DNA of 43,639 bases from Dimorphilus gyrociliatus (taxonomy: Eukaryota > Animalia > Annelida), in the NCBI GenBank assembly GCA_904063045.1, contig CAJFCJ010000095.1, positions 141,184 through 184,822 on the forward strand. The letters are read 5' to 3'. The notes under the pieces were generated by a model. That model did no database searches. It had not been told where the DNA came from and saw only the letters and a program-made list of their open reading frames with translations. Shown piece by piece: positions 1-12,400 of this stretch (its first letter is position 1; every line of letters starts with the position of its first letter). A program made the translations under genes and the position numbers.

Positions 1-1830
1 ATATCGCTCTCACCACAGATGAAGTTAGCAATGTTTTGCAATTGAAGGAAAATAAGAACGATGGCAAGCAGTCTATTAATTTCCCAAAATGTTTCCAAAC
101 AAGGCAACAAAATTGAAATCTATCTCCATGGATTTCTTTGACTTTTCCAAGTCCAGATAGCATATTTCTTGCTTCCAAAAATGGAATATTTGATTGATTT
201 ATGTAAACGAATTCAAGACTTTTCAAAGAAAGAAATGAGTTTTTTTCAATTGTTTTAATTGGACATTTTGACATTTTCAAAATCTTTAATTTTTTCAAAA
301 TTTTAAAGTCATCTTGTTTAATCATTTTTATGAAATTGAAGGAAATGTCAAGATATCTTAAATTGGAACATTGCAAATACTTTGAAATGAAATTTAGGGA
401 TTGAATATAATTTAATGAAAGATCTAAGTGCTGTAAAAGTAGTAGAGGTCCATTTATGATTATTTGCTTTTCCAGATTATTGGTTATATTATGAAGTTGT
501 AGATGAATTAAATTTGGAAATTGGGTAGCATTCATTTGGAAATATAAACAATGTTTTACATTTAGAAGTAATAGATTTAATGATGAAAATTCTAGAAAGT
601 CTTTTGGCATTGTTCCAATAACTAATATTGTTCTTAGGTGAGTTAATAGGCTACTTTTGTTACTGTTGTATTGTGGAAATTGCACTGGATCAATATCTGT
701 AAATTGGCAGTACATTTGAAACTTCAAATTGATATTACAATTTGATATTTCAGTAATTTTTGGTAATGAACAAAACATCTCATCACTTCCACTTAGACAA
801 TTCATCAGTCCATCACAAACTTTTGAAATGATAATGAAATATTTTTGGCCTCTGCACTTGAAATATCCTTTTGCAACAAATTGATCTGAAATGTAGGTGA
901 AAACAGTGGAAATTTACTGAAAATACTTTTAAAGGACCAACCGCAATCAATTTCATCATCACCAAGGTAACAGTCATGTGTACCATCGCAAATCTGTTCA
1001 ATGGAAATGCAATACTTATCTCTGTGGCAGAGATATTGTCCATAAGGACATGACTTCCTGACACAATTTGAGTTTATTAAGTATAAATCTGTTTTTGGTA
1101 GTCCTAATGTGCTTTTTAGAAAAAAGCATGAACTTTCATTGGGTTTAAAGATACGTCTATCTGTTTTTTCATCTTTCTCACAGTCTCTTTTACCATCATT
1201 CTTCATAGAAACTGGTATACAATAATTCTCACACTTTAGTTGAAAATCTCTGTTACAACCTGTTCATAAAAACAAGAGTAACAAAAATAGTATTTAAAAG
1301 AATCTTGCCTGTTTGATACTCTTCTATTAAAGCATTTTCATTGAAGCAAATTTCATCAGATCGATCAAAGCAGTTTTTTTCATTATTACAGACTTGACTT
1401 TTATGAATACATTGTTCATTGTGACAATTTCTACATTAAAATATAAAAGAGGAGTATTATTTGTTATTTTTTGAATATTATCAGAACTAACATGAAATTC
1501 CCTAAACAATTTTCCCTCTCTGTGAAAAAAAAAGAAAAAGGTACAAAAATGTTATGCTAAGATATTGAGAAACCAAACTACAATATCTCTCATCTGACCT
1601 ATCAGAACAATCATTCTGATAATTACAAACATTTATAATGCTGATACTTTCATTGTTGGAGAAACAATAAAAGTAATTCGTTTGATAGTCTTGACAGTAT
1701 TCTTTATCTTCATCTTCATTTGTTATACAATCATTAACTCCATCACAAATCAATATTACATTTATGTAAATATTACTCTGGTTGCAAAAGAAAGTATTCA
1801 ATGGAACAGAAGTTGATTTCACTTTAAATT
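1..1830 (-). other. LDLa x6 + LRR + pre-TM1 hinge of the GRL101-like GPCR
   Basis: LDLa motifs seen: ICDGVNDCITNEDE, VCNYQNDCSDRSDE, VCNNEKNCFDRSDE, NDGKRDCEKDE, ICDGTHDCYLGDDE, VCDGLMNCLSGSDE. LRRs: LQHLDLSLNYIQSL, LRYLDISFNFIKMI, LKILKMSKCPIKTI. Hinge: RFQFCCLVWKHFGKLIDCLPSFLFSFNCKTLLTSSVVRAI, matching the CC..C.P..S.C..LL...R pattern before TM1 in this receptor class. The last exon is missing from the ORF track. Confidence 0.9.
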
Positions 1831-4800
1831 CTTTAAAATTTTGTGGATAATTCAGTTTTGTGGCTAGAAATTTAATGTTATGGAATGGAGAAATAGTGGA
1901 GATGAAAGGAAATGAAGAAAAAACCTATGACTCACTCTGAAATTGTTGACAGTAGACTGGTCCATTAAACTTTTCGAGACAACTGTGAAAATCTACTGCT
2001 ATATTGTCAAATTGAAGAATACTAGTAATTTGTATCATGGAGAAAAAAAACTGGTAATATTTAAAATAGTTGCAATTTGTCTGATACAAACAATAGTGAT
2101 GATACTGTTGGGCGGTAAAAATTCTCTGCCAACTGTTCGGTATACAAAAAGAGTAGACCGTGATGGATGTATTCCAGAGAGTTTTACATCAACACTTACA
2201 GGATATCCAAAAGTCAGGCATTGAGATTGAGGTATTCTTTTAGCATGTTCAGGTTCAAAAAGAAATTCTTTGTTGAAATTATAAAATATATGGCTTGGCT
2301 AAAAAATTTCAAATTTTTTTTTATTCTATTGCTTTCTATGTTTTTTTCATTTTTCCACATACATCTGTATGAATGTAGAGGGGAATATTGGTATTTAGTC
2401 CACTGGAACTCTGATATACTGAATTGTTTTTGTGAAATTTCTCTTGTAAATGTACTTTTTTAAACAAAACACAACATTTCTATTTAAAATTTTGTTTGAA
2501 AATCTATGTTTTAAAATTATTTACTAGTCATTAAATATCTAGTATTTTGCTGGAAAGATGTTTTATATCCATCAAATGTTTCCTTTAACATCACTACAGA
2601 AGTAACAAAAGCTTTTTGCATGGTTGAAAAATCGGCTGATTTAAGATTTTCCCTTTGACAAACCATTTCCCTATCCTTGACATTCAATGACTTATTTATA
2701 TAAAATGTAAAGTAACAAATGTCATAGATTATCAAGACTTTTTCACCCAAACAATCTAACAAGATAAGTTTTTAATAGAATAGAATTTCAAAAATAGGAC
2801 AGAAAGTTTCCATAATAATTATTACATTATCCTTAGTGGCTTTTGACTAATAATGGTCACTTTCTGTTATGTTAATCAAACCTATATGAGAATTTTTGGA
2901 ACATTCCACAAAGTACATTACTCCCTGGAAAAGTCGGTTCTGTCTTCTTTCATTTCTTTTGAATTAGAGAAATAGCTTTCAGGGTTCATAGTGACTTGGA
3001 GGCTTAGGACAACTGAATTCACAAACAGTTGATTAAAATAATAACTAATATATATTTACTATGAATAAATAAAATTGTTCAGCTGTAAATCCTGTTTTCA
3101 GTTGTCCCAGGTCCTCTTTTAATTGACAACTGTAATTACAATTTAATGACATTGCAGTCAGAAAGGGTAGTTTCATTTTTATCACAAAGGAGTGTTGAAA
3201 AAAAAGTGAAATTGTTATGTAATGTCATTGTCTCTTTCAGCCTATTAAAATATGGATTTTCTCCAATAATTGTTCCATACTTGAAACCAAAGGCTTGACA
3301 TATCTTTTGAATTTCATTGTAATATAAAAATTTAAAATTGATCCAAACATATTTAAATATTTGAAATCTTCCAGCAAAACTATAAAATGAGTGTTTGTCA
3401 CCAAGATATAGAATTTTACTAGGACTATTAAATAATCTAAAGGCTACAGAATTTTTTAATTAAAGCATGAAATTTTAAAACACTAATGAAATATTACAAG
3501 AATTATTTTTAATTTTTTCACATTTTGGTCTAACAAGTGTCAACCTAACTTTCTCGTTTGGAGAAAATATTCTACAGTTCTCAAAGCTTCCTTCAATATT
3601 CTGACAATTTGTTATATATGGTATCCTTTTCTGTTTAAAGTATAAAAGTATAGTTTGTGAGATTGTGTTAGATCAACATTCTATATGGACATCTATAATA
3701 TTATTTCCTTCAAAGCAACTTTTTTCTTTCAGTGCCATTGATTGAAGGACACAAAGTAATTGGCAGTAAAAAATGATTGGATTTCTCTGCATATTATAGG
3801 CTGTTAGCAGTAATCCGTACGTTTTAGATTTGATATAATATGTCATGGCTGGATCTGAGGCAAATGATAAGAAATATTTCTCTAAAGTATTTGCACTACT
3901 GTATTCTAGTATTTGAAAATCTTTGAAAAAACATAAAGTAAGACATTTCATTTGACTATTTTTAAAAATGTTTAAGGTTAAAAACCTTCAAGTTCCATAT
4001 ATGAACAATAAACATTGTGAACATTTTGGGATATTTGATCAGTCAATACTGATTTATTTAAATTTAAAAATAGTTTTATTTGTCTTGAAATATTGCTTGA
4101 AACCATTGGATATTGAAGAATAAAACTGCTTTTCCTACATAATTCCTTACTGTACTTTGAATAAGAGTATATTTTGTAGTAGTTAAAATTTTCATAAAAG
4201 TATAATTGATATTTATTATCCTTTATTTGAATAGAAAAATAATCTGCAAATATTTCCAATGGAATATAAACAATGTCATATTTTATAAAATCAATATGTA
4301 TCAATAGTTTACTTTTTTTGGAACAAATCAAAAATGTTCCATTTTGCTCTCCATCTTCTTTTGAATTAATTGAAATATTCCTAGAAGATGAGTATGTTTT
4401 GATTTCTTATATGACTTTTTTCAATTATGCCCAACACTTACAGAAAACAATTTGGTATTATTTCATTACAGAGCATTTTTACAAAAGTGCTATTTTTGTC
4501 AATTATTTTCCAAGGGTAAGATAATGAATGAAGTGTGTTGTAGCCCAATTTTGAACAGAAGGAATTGAGAACAACAACTGAAAACTTATCATAAATTGCA
4601 AAAAAATCATTCTCAGGTAATTTTATTTTCAAAATTCCTTTAATCACTGATTCATTCTCCTCTAAGTGAATCATAGAGAATTTAATTTGACCATATGTTG
4701 CTAATCCATCAACTATGTTGATAATAGATTGCTATATATATAAACTAATGAAAGAAACATGAACACTGAGTACTAACCATCGCTGATATTTTCCACACAC

Positions 4801-6076
4801 TTGACATCAACTAATATTTTATCTGAAGAACGGGTCTCAGGAGCAATTGAACAGTATATTCCTCCATAATTTTTAGGTGTAGTGCAATTTTGAAAGAATG
4901 GATATGATTTCTGTTTAAGCAAACTGTTTTGTTACCATTCATTTGTTATAAGTACATTTTATGAACAAGCTGAATATGCCTAATATCCTTGCATGAATAT
5001 ACATCAAAGGACTTGTTGATCAAGCCACAAAGGAAAGTACATGCATTATATATTTGAGTTTCAAAACTAAATGCAGTTGGCAGAATTCCAAAAGATTTGG
5101 ATTTAATATAATAGTTTAAGTGGATTTGCTCCTGGTCCGAGAAGTGTGTGAAGAAATGTTTGGTCCATATTGAATGAATTGAACTGGTTATTTTTAGTTC
5201 AATATCTTGGAAAAACAATATATGATGTACTACATTTCAAAACACGTTTTAAAGAATATATACCAACCACGCAATTCATGAAAGGAACATGTGACCCATA
5301 AACTAAAATTGAAGTTTTGGAAAATTTTCTTATACATTTTATCTGAGTATGAAGGCAGTGAAACACCAAAAGACGTGTTGTATTTTATTGATGTTCTAAT
5401 GAAGAATTCAGCATGTTCACAAAAATCATTTTTAGTTGAAAAATGGCCTTGAATTTGATAATTCTTTTGTTCATTTCTTAAAATTAGGTTATAGTTTCCA
5501 ATCATATTTGTATTTGAAACATAGATAGCATAGATATCTATTGGATAAAGGATTAATGAAGAAGAAAGTGAAAATAGAAAAAGAATAGATATCTGACATG
5601 TAGCATGTTTTCTAAAACACTTCAATTCCATTGCTCCAGTGTTTCTCCATGCATGATCTTTGGAGTTATAAAGCAGGCTTTCAACACAAATTGCAGAAGA
5701 AGAAAACAGATATTGGATGTAAAATCAGTGAAAATATTACTTACAATTTACAAGGTTGTATATCTTCATATAGTAAGAATTTAGCATTTTCAGCTACCTT
5801 TATTAGTGACGTTCTTGAAAAAACATGATCATAGCCTAATTTTTTACAAATTGCATTTAAATCTGCCAAATCTATTCTTTCATACATAATATAATAAAAC
5901 GATCTATCACGTGACACCCATCCTGTCAATAATCCTTCAACAGAGATATTTTTTTCATCTCTCTTTATGTTAATCAGAGATAATTTAGGACACAATATTC
6001 CTTCACAAAAATTTGACTTTAAACCAAATTCGTGTAGAACAAAACCAAATTTGAAAATGAAATTTATAATTTTCAT
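1..6076 (-). CDS. Multi-exon GRL101/RXFP-like leucine-rich-repeat GPCR: degenerate SRCR-like modules, 6 LDLa, LRRs and hinge; 7TM lies beyond the left edge
   Basis: ATG at 6076 (MKIINFIFKFGF...). Exons joined in phase by hand from about 2762 down to base 1. Junctions between 2762 and 6076 were not all checked, so the upstream part could be a separate gene. The 3' exon (885 to <1) has no stop in the window. Confidence 0.75.
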
Positions 6077-6799
6077 TTTAGATATTGAACAAAAATAGAA
6101 TAAAGAATATTCAATATTTAATATATAGGCCTAAAAATCATTCTTTTACATAAAGTAAACGATTCATCAGAAGCAGAATGTCAAAGAAAACAAGTATTGA
6201 AATTATGGATTTTAAATGAAACTTTGAAGAAATCGGACTACCTGAGGAAGAAGAAGTTCTAGGTGTTGGAAGAGAGACAAACGTCTGCTTATTTGTTTTA
6301 TATTAGAAAGCAAAATGATACGCATTAATAAAAGACAAACTGCTATTCAATTGCTTGATAGTGCTGATGATCACCTTCTATTCAATTCTATAGATGACTC
6401 ATTTTTGATATAATGATAAATGAGAAATAAGTTTTAATCTGTTGAAAAGTAAAATTTACTTCTTGGAATTTCGAGAAAATAATGCAATAAAAGGACAGCT
6501 TTGTTGAAATGATCTGATAAAGCTACAATCACAAAGGAATGTTAAGGAAACCATACTCCTTTTATATATTCTCAGGCTCGAAGAATAATTAGGAAATTGG
6601 AATAAATTTAATTAAAAATTATTTTTAGATATAGTTTTTTACTTGTTAAGAATTGGAGGATAAATTATGAAAACTTGGCAATTTGCCATATATTATAGTT
6701 ATTATATGCACACAAGTCTCTTTACAATAGATTTCATTAGAAATCAAAGATGGTCATTGTCTCCAGATGCTGGATACAATGTCCCCTATTTTGGATAAT

Positions 6800-7330
6800 T
6801 TAGATTGGTCAAGAGTGATATTACAGATGAGGCAAGGTTTTCACTGAGTGGTCCTGACGTGACGACCTTAGGACCTGGACAAATGACAGTGAAACTGAGT
6901 TCAGGTTGACGAAAAATATGGGCAGGGGTAGCGTAATGGTTTGGGGTATATCCTCAGGTGGTGAAGTTTTCATTCAAAGACTTCCTTCCAACATCTCTGG
7001 AAAAATTTATTCCAAGTTAATTCAGGGAACAATTTTCCCAACATTGAGGGAAAAATTTGGTGAAAACTTCAACTGATATCAGGATTATGCACCCCCACAA
7101 ACTTCCAGTGTAACAATAAGATAAACTGGAGGAGAATGGAATTCAAGTCCTTGATTGGCCTCCATATTCTCCATAACCTCAACCCTATAGAAAATTTATG
7201 GGGTTGTTTAAAGCAAAAAATGTATGAAGTTCAGACACCAAAAACCCTTGACTATTTATGGACCAAGATACAGCAAGAGGTAGTAAAAATCAATAACAAC
7301 AATAAAGATTTTGTAAAACATTTAGATTGA
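6800..7330 (+). mobile_element. Decayed Tc1-like (DD34E) transposase fragment
   Basis: Across frameshifts and stops it reads DWSRVI-TDEARFSLSGPD, G.GSVMVWG, QDYAPP and IQVLDWPPYSP*NLNPIENLWGCLKQKMY. These are the catalytic-domain motifs of Tc1 transposases. No TIRs identified. Confidence 0.9.
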
Positions 7331-7579
7331 GAAATGGGGGAGAGTTTGGCAGGTTATTATTAACAAAGACAATAGGATTGATATGTAACTCTTAGACTAA
7401 GACAAAAACCAGAATTTAAATAAAATAATTTTATCACAAAAACTTTTTTTTTCATATATAGATATTTTTGTCAAGGACTCTATTTGTTACATTTTGATCA
7501 AATTTTAAATGTACTAATGTGTATTAATTCTTTAAAATAGGGTATGATTTAACCCCAATTCAAGAAGATGACTCTGTCA

Positions 7580-8085
7580 AAAATTGTTACAAGAGATGAA
7601 ACATGGGTATTCTATCATGAATCATTCACTAAAAGAGCATCTTTAGAATACCATACAAAATTGTTATCACCACCAAACACGGTTAAGGAAGGTAAGTCTG
7701 TAGACAAATTAATTGTATGTGTGTTTTGAGAGAAGTAATAGCTTTCTCTAGTATTTCTAACTTTACAAATCAAAATAAATTCAGAATTTTTTATAGAGAA
7801 TAAAGCAAGAATTGAATAGAATCAGGTCTAATAAAAAAGTGATTTTTCCACAATGCCAATCTCTTGCAACAACTCGATGGGTAATATTGCCTCATCCAGC
7901 TCAGATCTGGTGCCATCAGACACCATCTTTGTGGTCAAACATATGAGAATTATGATAAATTGAAAAAGGTACTAAGTGCACTTTTTAAGTCCAAACTGCC
8001 CAAATACTTCGTCAGAGGAATTGATCAACTTCCCACTAGGTGGCAAATGTGCATTGACAATAATGGGGAATTCGAAGTTAAATAG
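7580..8085 (+). mobile_element. Decayed, internally deleted mariner-like (DD34D) transposase fragment
   Basis: KIVTRDETWVFYH (IVTGDETW motif), SSDLVPSD (YSPDLAPSD motif) and C-terminal FFKSKLPKYFVRGIDQLPTRWQMCIDNNGEF. Multiple frameshifts. Confidence 0.88.
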
Positions 8086-8637
8086 ACATACCCAAGGCAT
8101 TAACAAATATTTAGGAAGAAGCATATTACGTAAATTTCTTTTTCCTTAACTGTAAGACACAAGTGATTAAAACTTTCAGCACGGCTCTAATATTTAATAA
8201 AAAACTTGAATTGCGAGCACTTTCAACAATTGAAGATTCTTCGAGTACTAAACTTATTTTTCCAGTTTTAGGTTGAATGTTGTTATTTTGTATTTAATCA
8301 ACCTTTTGCAATTATCTTCTCACGTGCAACTTGCAACTGAAACTTTGACTTCAGAAGTAGCACACGTTAACATATGTCAATTGTCGCATTCTTTTCCTCT
8401 CTTTTGACAATACAAAATTAAAATAACTTTTTGCCTCTATCTTGTAGGATCACAGGAATGAATTGTATTGCATCATTGTGTTTTATGTATAGAAAGAACA
8501 AGAAAGGGTTTGAATTTTCAAATTAAATATCTATTTGTTAAAAAGTTATTTTGTAAGCATTTAGCTTGTCATACCATTCATAACTGACAGAAGAGACATA
8601 TTTGAACTGTGTTCTATAGTATTAATACTGAGATTAT

Positions 8638-8640
<3 letters not shown>

Positions 8641-8668
<28 letters not shown>
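8641..8668. repeat. (TC)14 microsatellite
   Basis: Read directly from the sequence. Confidence 0.97.
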
Positions 8669-8672
<4 letters not shown>

Positions 8673-9375
8673 CTTTCTTGCTTTCTTTCTCCCTTTCCTT
8701 CTAAATGAAATTAGAATAGTTAGGTGATTAATTGGAAATTTTTGAAATCCACTTACAGCAACTAATTAATGGGAAAATAGATTGACTACAAACATGCAAG
8801 AAAGTCACATATTTGATTTATACCTATTAAGTGAATCAATAGACACCTTTTGTTACCACAATATAACATGGCTTAGTAAACATAAGTCCTACTTTGCTTC
8901 CAAACATATTCTGTTGTGTATTTATTGTACAAACAAAACATGAAATAGAAGCAAATATATTTTTACCTTAAAAATTAATTAAGAAAAAAGAGCAATAAAC
9001 TGCAATATAAGATTGCAGTTTTTATTCTATGTATTGATTAGTATCTTTAACAAATTCCCACTTAAGATTTCTTTATAAAATATAGGACAAAATCGGTATG
9101 AAGGTCATATATTCAACTCTCCTGGGTTTTCCATTGCAGAATAGGATGATTCTATAAATAGATTTTGTTAATAAAATATGTCTTGTGTGGAATTTCCAAC
9201 CAGTAAGACTTTGACAAAAGACATTTTTTTATTATAAATTATATGAATGTATTGACACTGCTCATGAATAAATTTTCAAGTAAAATGATACACACAATAA
9301 CTGTATTTTTTAGATGTATTTATATTACTTATAAAATATTAATTACATTTAAAGAGAAAAAACACTAAACTATCA

Positions 9376-9407
9376 CATGCGCACAGACAACGCAGCTCTA
9401 TTTAAAA
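9376..9407 (+). promoter_or_regulatory. Possible core promoter of the polycystin gene
   Basis: CATGCGCA (NRF1-like half site) and TATTTAAAA (TATA-like), about 40-70 nt before the ATG. Position only; such motifs arise easily in AT-rich DNA. Confidence 0.25.
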
Positions 9408-9443
9408 GAAGTCGGTTGCATTTGAAAATATCTGAATTTTTGA

Positions 9444-12400
9444 ATGTTCAAGATGATGATGATAATTTTTAAGTTGTTTTCAATTTTAACTATTGCAACT
9501 ATTTTAAAAGGTATTTTTTTAAGTTTTCTTTTCGCTTTTTTTACATATTTATACACATATTTTTTCCAACCCATTCCACCCACACTTTAGGTGACAATTG
9601 CCCCTCTGGCTGGATGAGATATCTTGATAGTTGCATAGCTAAATTGGATGATAACTCAAGTTTTCCTTTGTGCCGAAATCATTCTTCAAATCTCATTAAA
9701 ATTGATTCTTCAAGAAAACTTTCGTTTGTTCAATTATTTATTGAATACTCACCAAAACAAAATTATCTTATTGGATTAAATAGAACAAATAATACTAAAG
9801 GAAATTTTTCAACAAATTTCATTTGGAATGATGGTACACCATTAAATTTTCATAATTTCCATCCAGGTGAAGAAACCAATCTTTTGAATACACTTTACGT
9901 AACCATGGAAACTAATAATGGATTATGGAGAAATATCCAAAATTTAACAAATAATTCTGGTTATGTATGTGAAATGTCAAAAAGTTTGTAATTTTCTTAC
10001 TTTTTTTTATATTTTGAGTTATTTAAAAACCATTCTAATTGTTTTTTAAAAACAACAAACAAACAAACAAACAGTTGATACAACAGGATGTAGACCATAT
10101 TGGCACGTTTTAAAAGGTTATAAAGATTTAAGGAATTCTACAAAAATTGATAGTTCAAAAGAAATTTGCCTTCAGGTTTTTAAAATTTTCCATTCAAATT
10201 AATTTCTCTCTTTAATTGGAATTTATTGAATATTTTAGGATTGTTTTTCCGGTAAATACGGTGTTTGTCATAGTATTTCTTGGGATGTTCAAGCTAAACA
10301 ATGCTATTTACATTCTACAAAAATTTTTGCTGAAGATTTTAGCAGTCTGGTTACTGATATTATGTTCAATATCTATCAATGGGAATGCGAAGGTGACAGT
10401 GAACCAGTCTGTTTTAGGGAGAATAATATTATTGATAACTTACCGGATAAAAGTTTCACAGCATCGACTGTTGCAACAGCAGCTAAATCTCTGCCTGTTC
10501 AAGCAAAATTCAGTAGTTATAGACAAGAGAACCAATTAGGAGCATTTAGGCCTGAATCTATTTATCCATACCAATGGCTTCAAGTGGACCTATTAAATTT
10601 ATACAATGTAACTGGCTACCATATTTTAGGAGGAGAAAGATACGACAAAAACACAGTTATCAATCATTATGTCTTGTACAGTTTAAATTGTCAAGACTTT
10701 TCCTACTACAGTACAATGCACACCAAAGAAATTATTGTAAGTAAATTATTTAGTAATTTATTCATCTATTCATTTGCCTCTTCATTTTTCCAAGATGATG
10801 ATTGGCCACGGTTTTTGGTCTTTAACAAGAGTAATACTATTTAAATATCCTATTATCGCTCGTTGTTTTCGTATACTTCCAATAACTTGGGATACAACAC
10901 CTGATTTGCGTCTATCACTTCGCGGTTGTCAACTCAATAAGCAGATTTTAGTTTCGGGTAAAAAAACAATTAGTACGGTTAATGTTTTTTCTATTCCGTA
11001 ACATTTTCAATTAAAGATTTAGAAGGGGTTGCATTAGGAATGGAGTCGGGTCATATTGAAGATTATCAATTAAGCGTAAAAGAAATGAAAGCGAGTTTAA
11101 CAGTTCATTATCCGCCATTTTTAGCGAGATTAAGAGGTCGACCAAAAGATTATCCTTTCCAAATTCCCTGTTTCTATCCAATAGAGAAGGATAATTGGTT
11201 CGAAGTAATGTGGTCGCTTCCCATTCAATTTTATGGATTATCTATAGACCCTTCTCAAGCTTCTTATGGTAATATTCAAGTGTTTACAATGGCAGTGGCT
11301 AGTCAGATTGGCGTCGACATGTTGGAAAAGGTAAAAGATGACAATGGAAATGTTCTTCAATTTTCCCTTCCCAATGACCTTGTTACAATTACTCCAATTC
11401 AAATAAGATTGGACGAACCCCTAACGGCTAGATATGTTCGTATTTATCCAGTTAAATGGCAAAGTCTTGGATGCAGCGTATTCGAATTCTATGGAAAATT
11501 AGACGGTATGAAAAGTAGACGCCATCTTGAAATATAATTTAATAATTTTACTTAAAAATATCCTTTTTTCTTAGCTATTTGTCCTAATCTTGGTCTTGAA
11601 AACAATAAAATTTGCCCAATAATGCAGAATATTTCTACAGTTTACAACGAAACATCAGGATTAATGTACTCTAGAGTAGAATCAACAATATTAATTGAAT
11701 TGGATCAATTATATCATTTGACCTCATTTCAAATAAAATTCGCTCGTACACCACTTCCGGTTTGGACATTAAACTGGTCAAGAGACAATAACATTTGGAA
11801 GTCATTAGACAAGTATAAAATTGACAAACAGGATGACAAAACCCATAACATAACATTTTTAAATCAACATTCTGCAACAAAACTACGTATAAACTTATGG
11901 AATTTAAATACAAGTTTGACAATTCCTTGTATTGAATATTCAATAAATGGCTGCGAAGCTGAAACATGTCCACCAAATACTATTGAATATGATCATTCTT
12001 GTTATCATTATTTTCCTGGAGAGATATACGGGGCTTCTGATTTTGATACTGGCCCTATAAGGCATATTTGCGATAATATTGTATGGAAAAATCAGGCCTA
12101 TACTGTTGAAGTATCATCTATTGAAGAAGATTCTCTGGTTGTATATTTGAATAGAAGGTTTGTTTTCAAAACAATGAAATAAATAACCCACTTACACCCA
12201 TAACTTCCGCCCTTCGCCCAATATATTTTTATGTATTAAAATATCTACTGTTCTTTCATGTCTTTAGGACAGGGTTTAGAGTATTTTATGGACTGGTTGT
12301 AAATAATTCAATACCCCAAACCCCTCATATGAAATTACTCAATCCAGATCTTAATTGGCAATGGTCCAATAATGCTGAACATAACTTTACAAATTTTGAT

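Noticed and set aside
813-5828. Short ORFs 813-1064, 1327-1509, 1943-2224, 2167-2463, 4273-4524 and 5631-5828
   Set aside because: They are off-frame or antisense shadows of the GPCR exons, with no recognisable motifs.
6700-8200. Terminal inverted repeats or an active transposon
   Set aside because: No convincing TIR pair or TA duplication found. Both transposases are broken by stops and frameshifts.
10051-10072. (AAAC)n run here, and a similar run at about 41320-41350
   Set aside because: Ordinary intronic low-complexity sequence.
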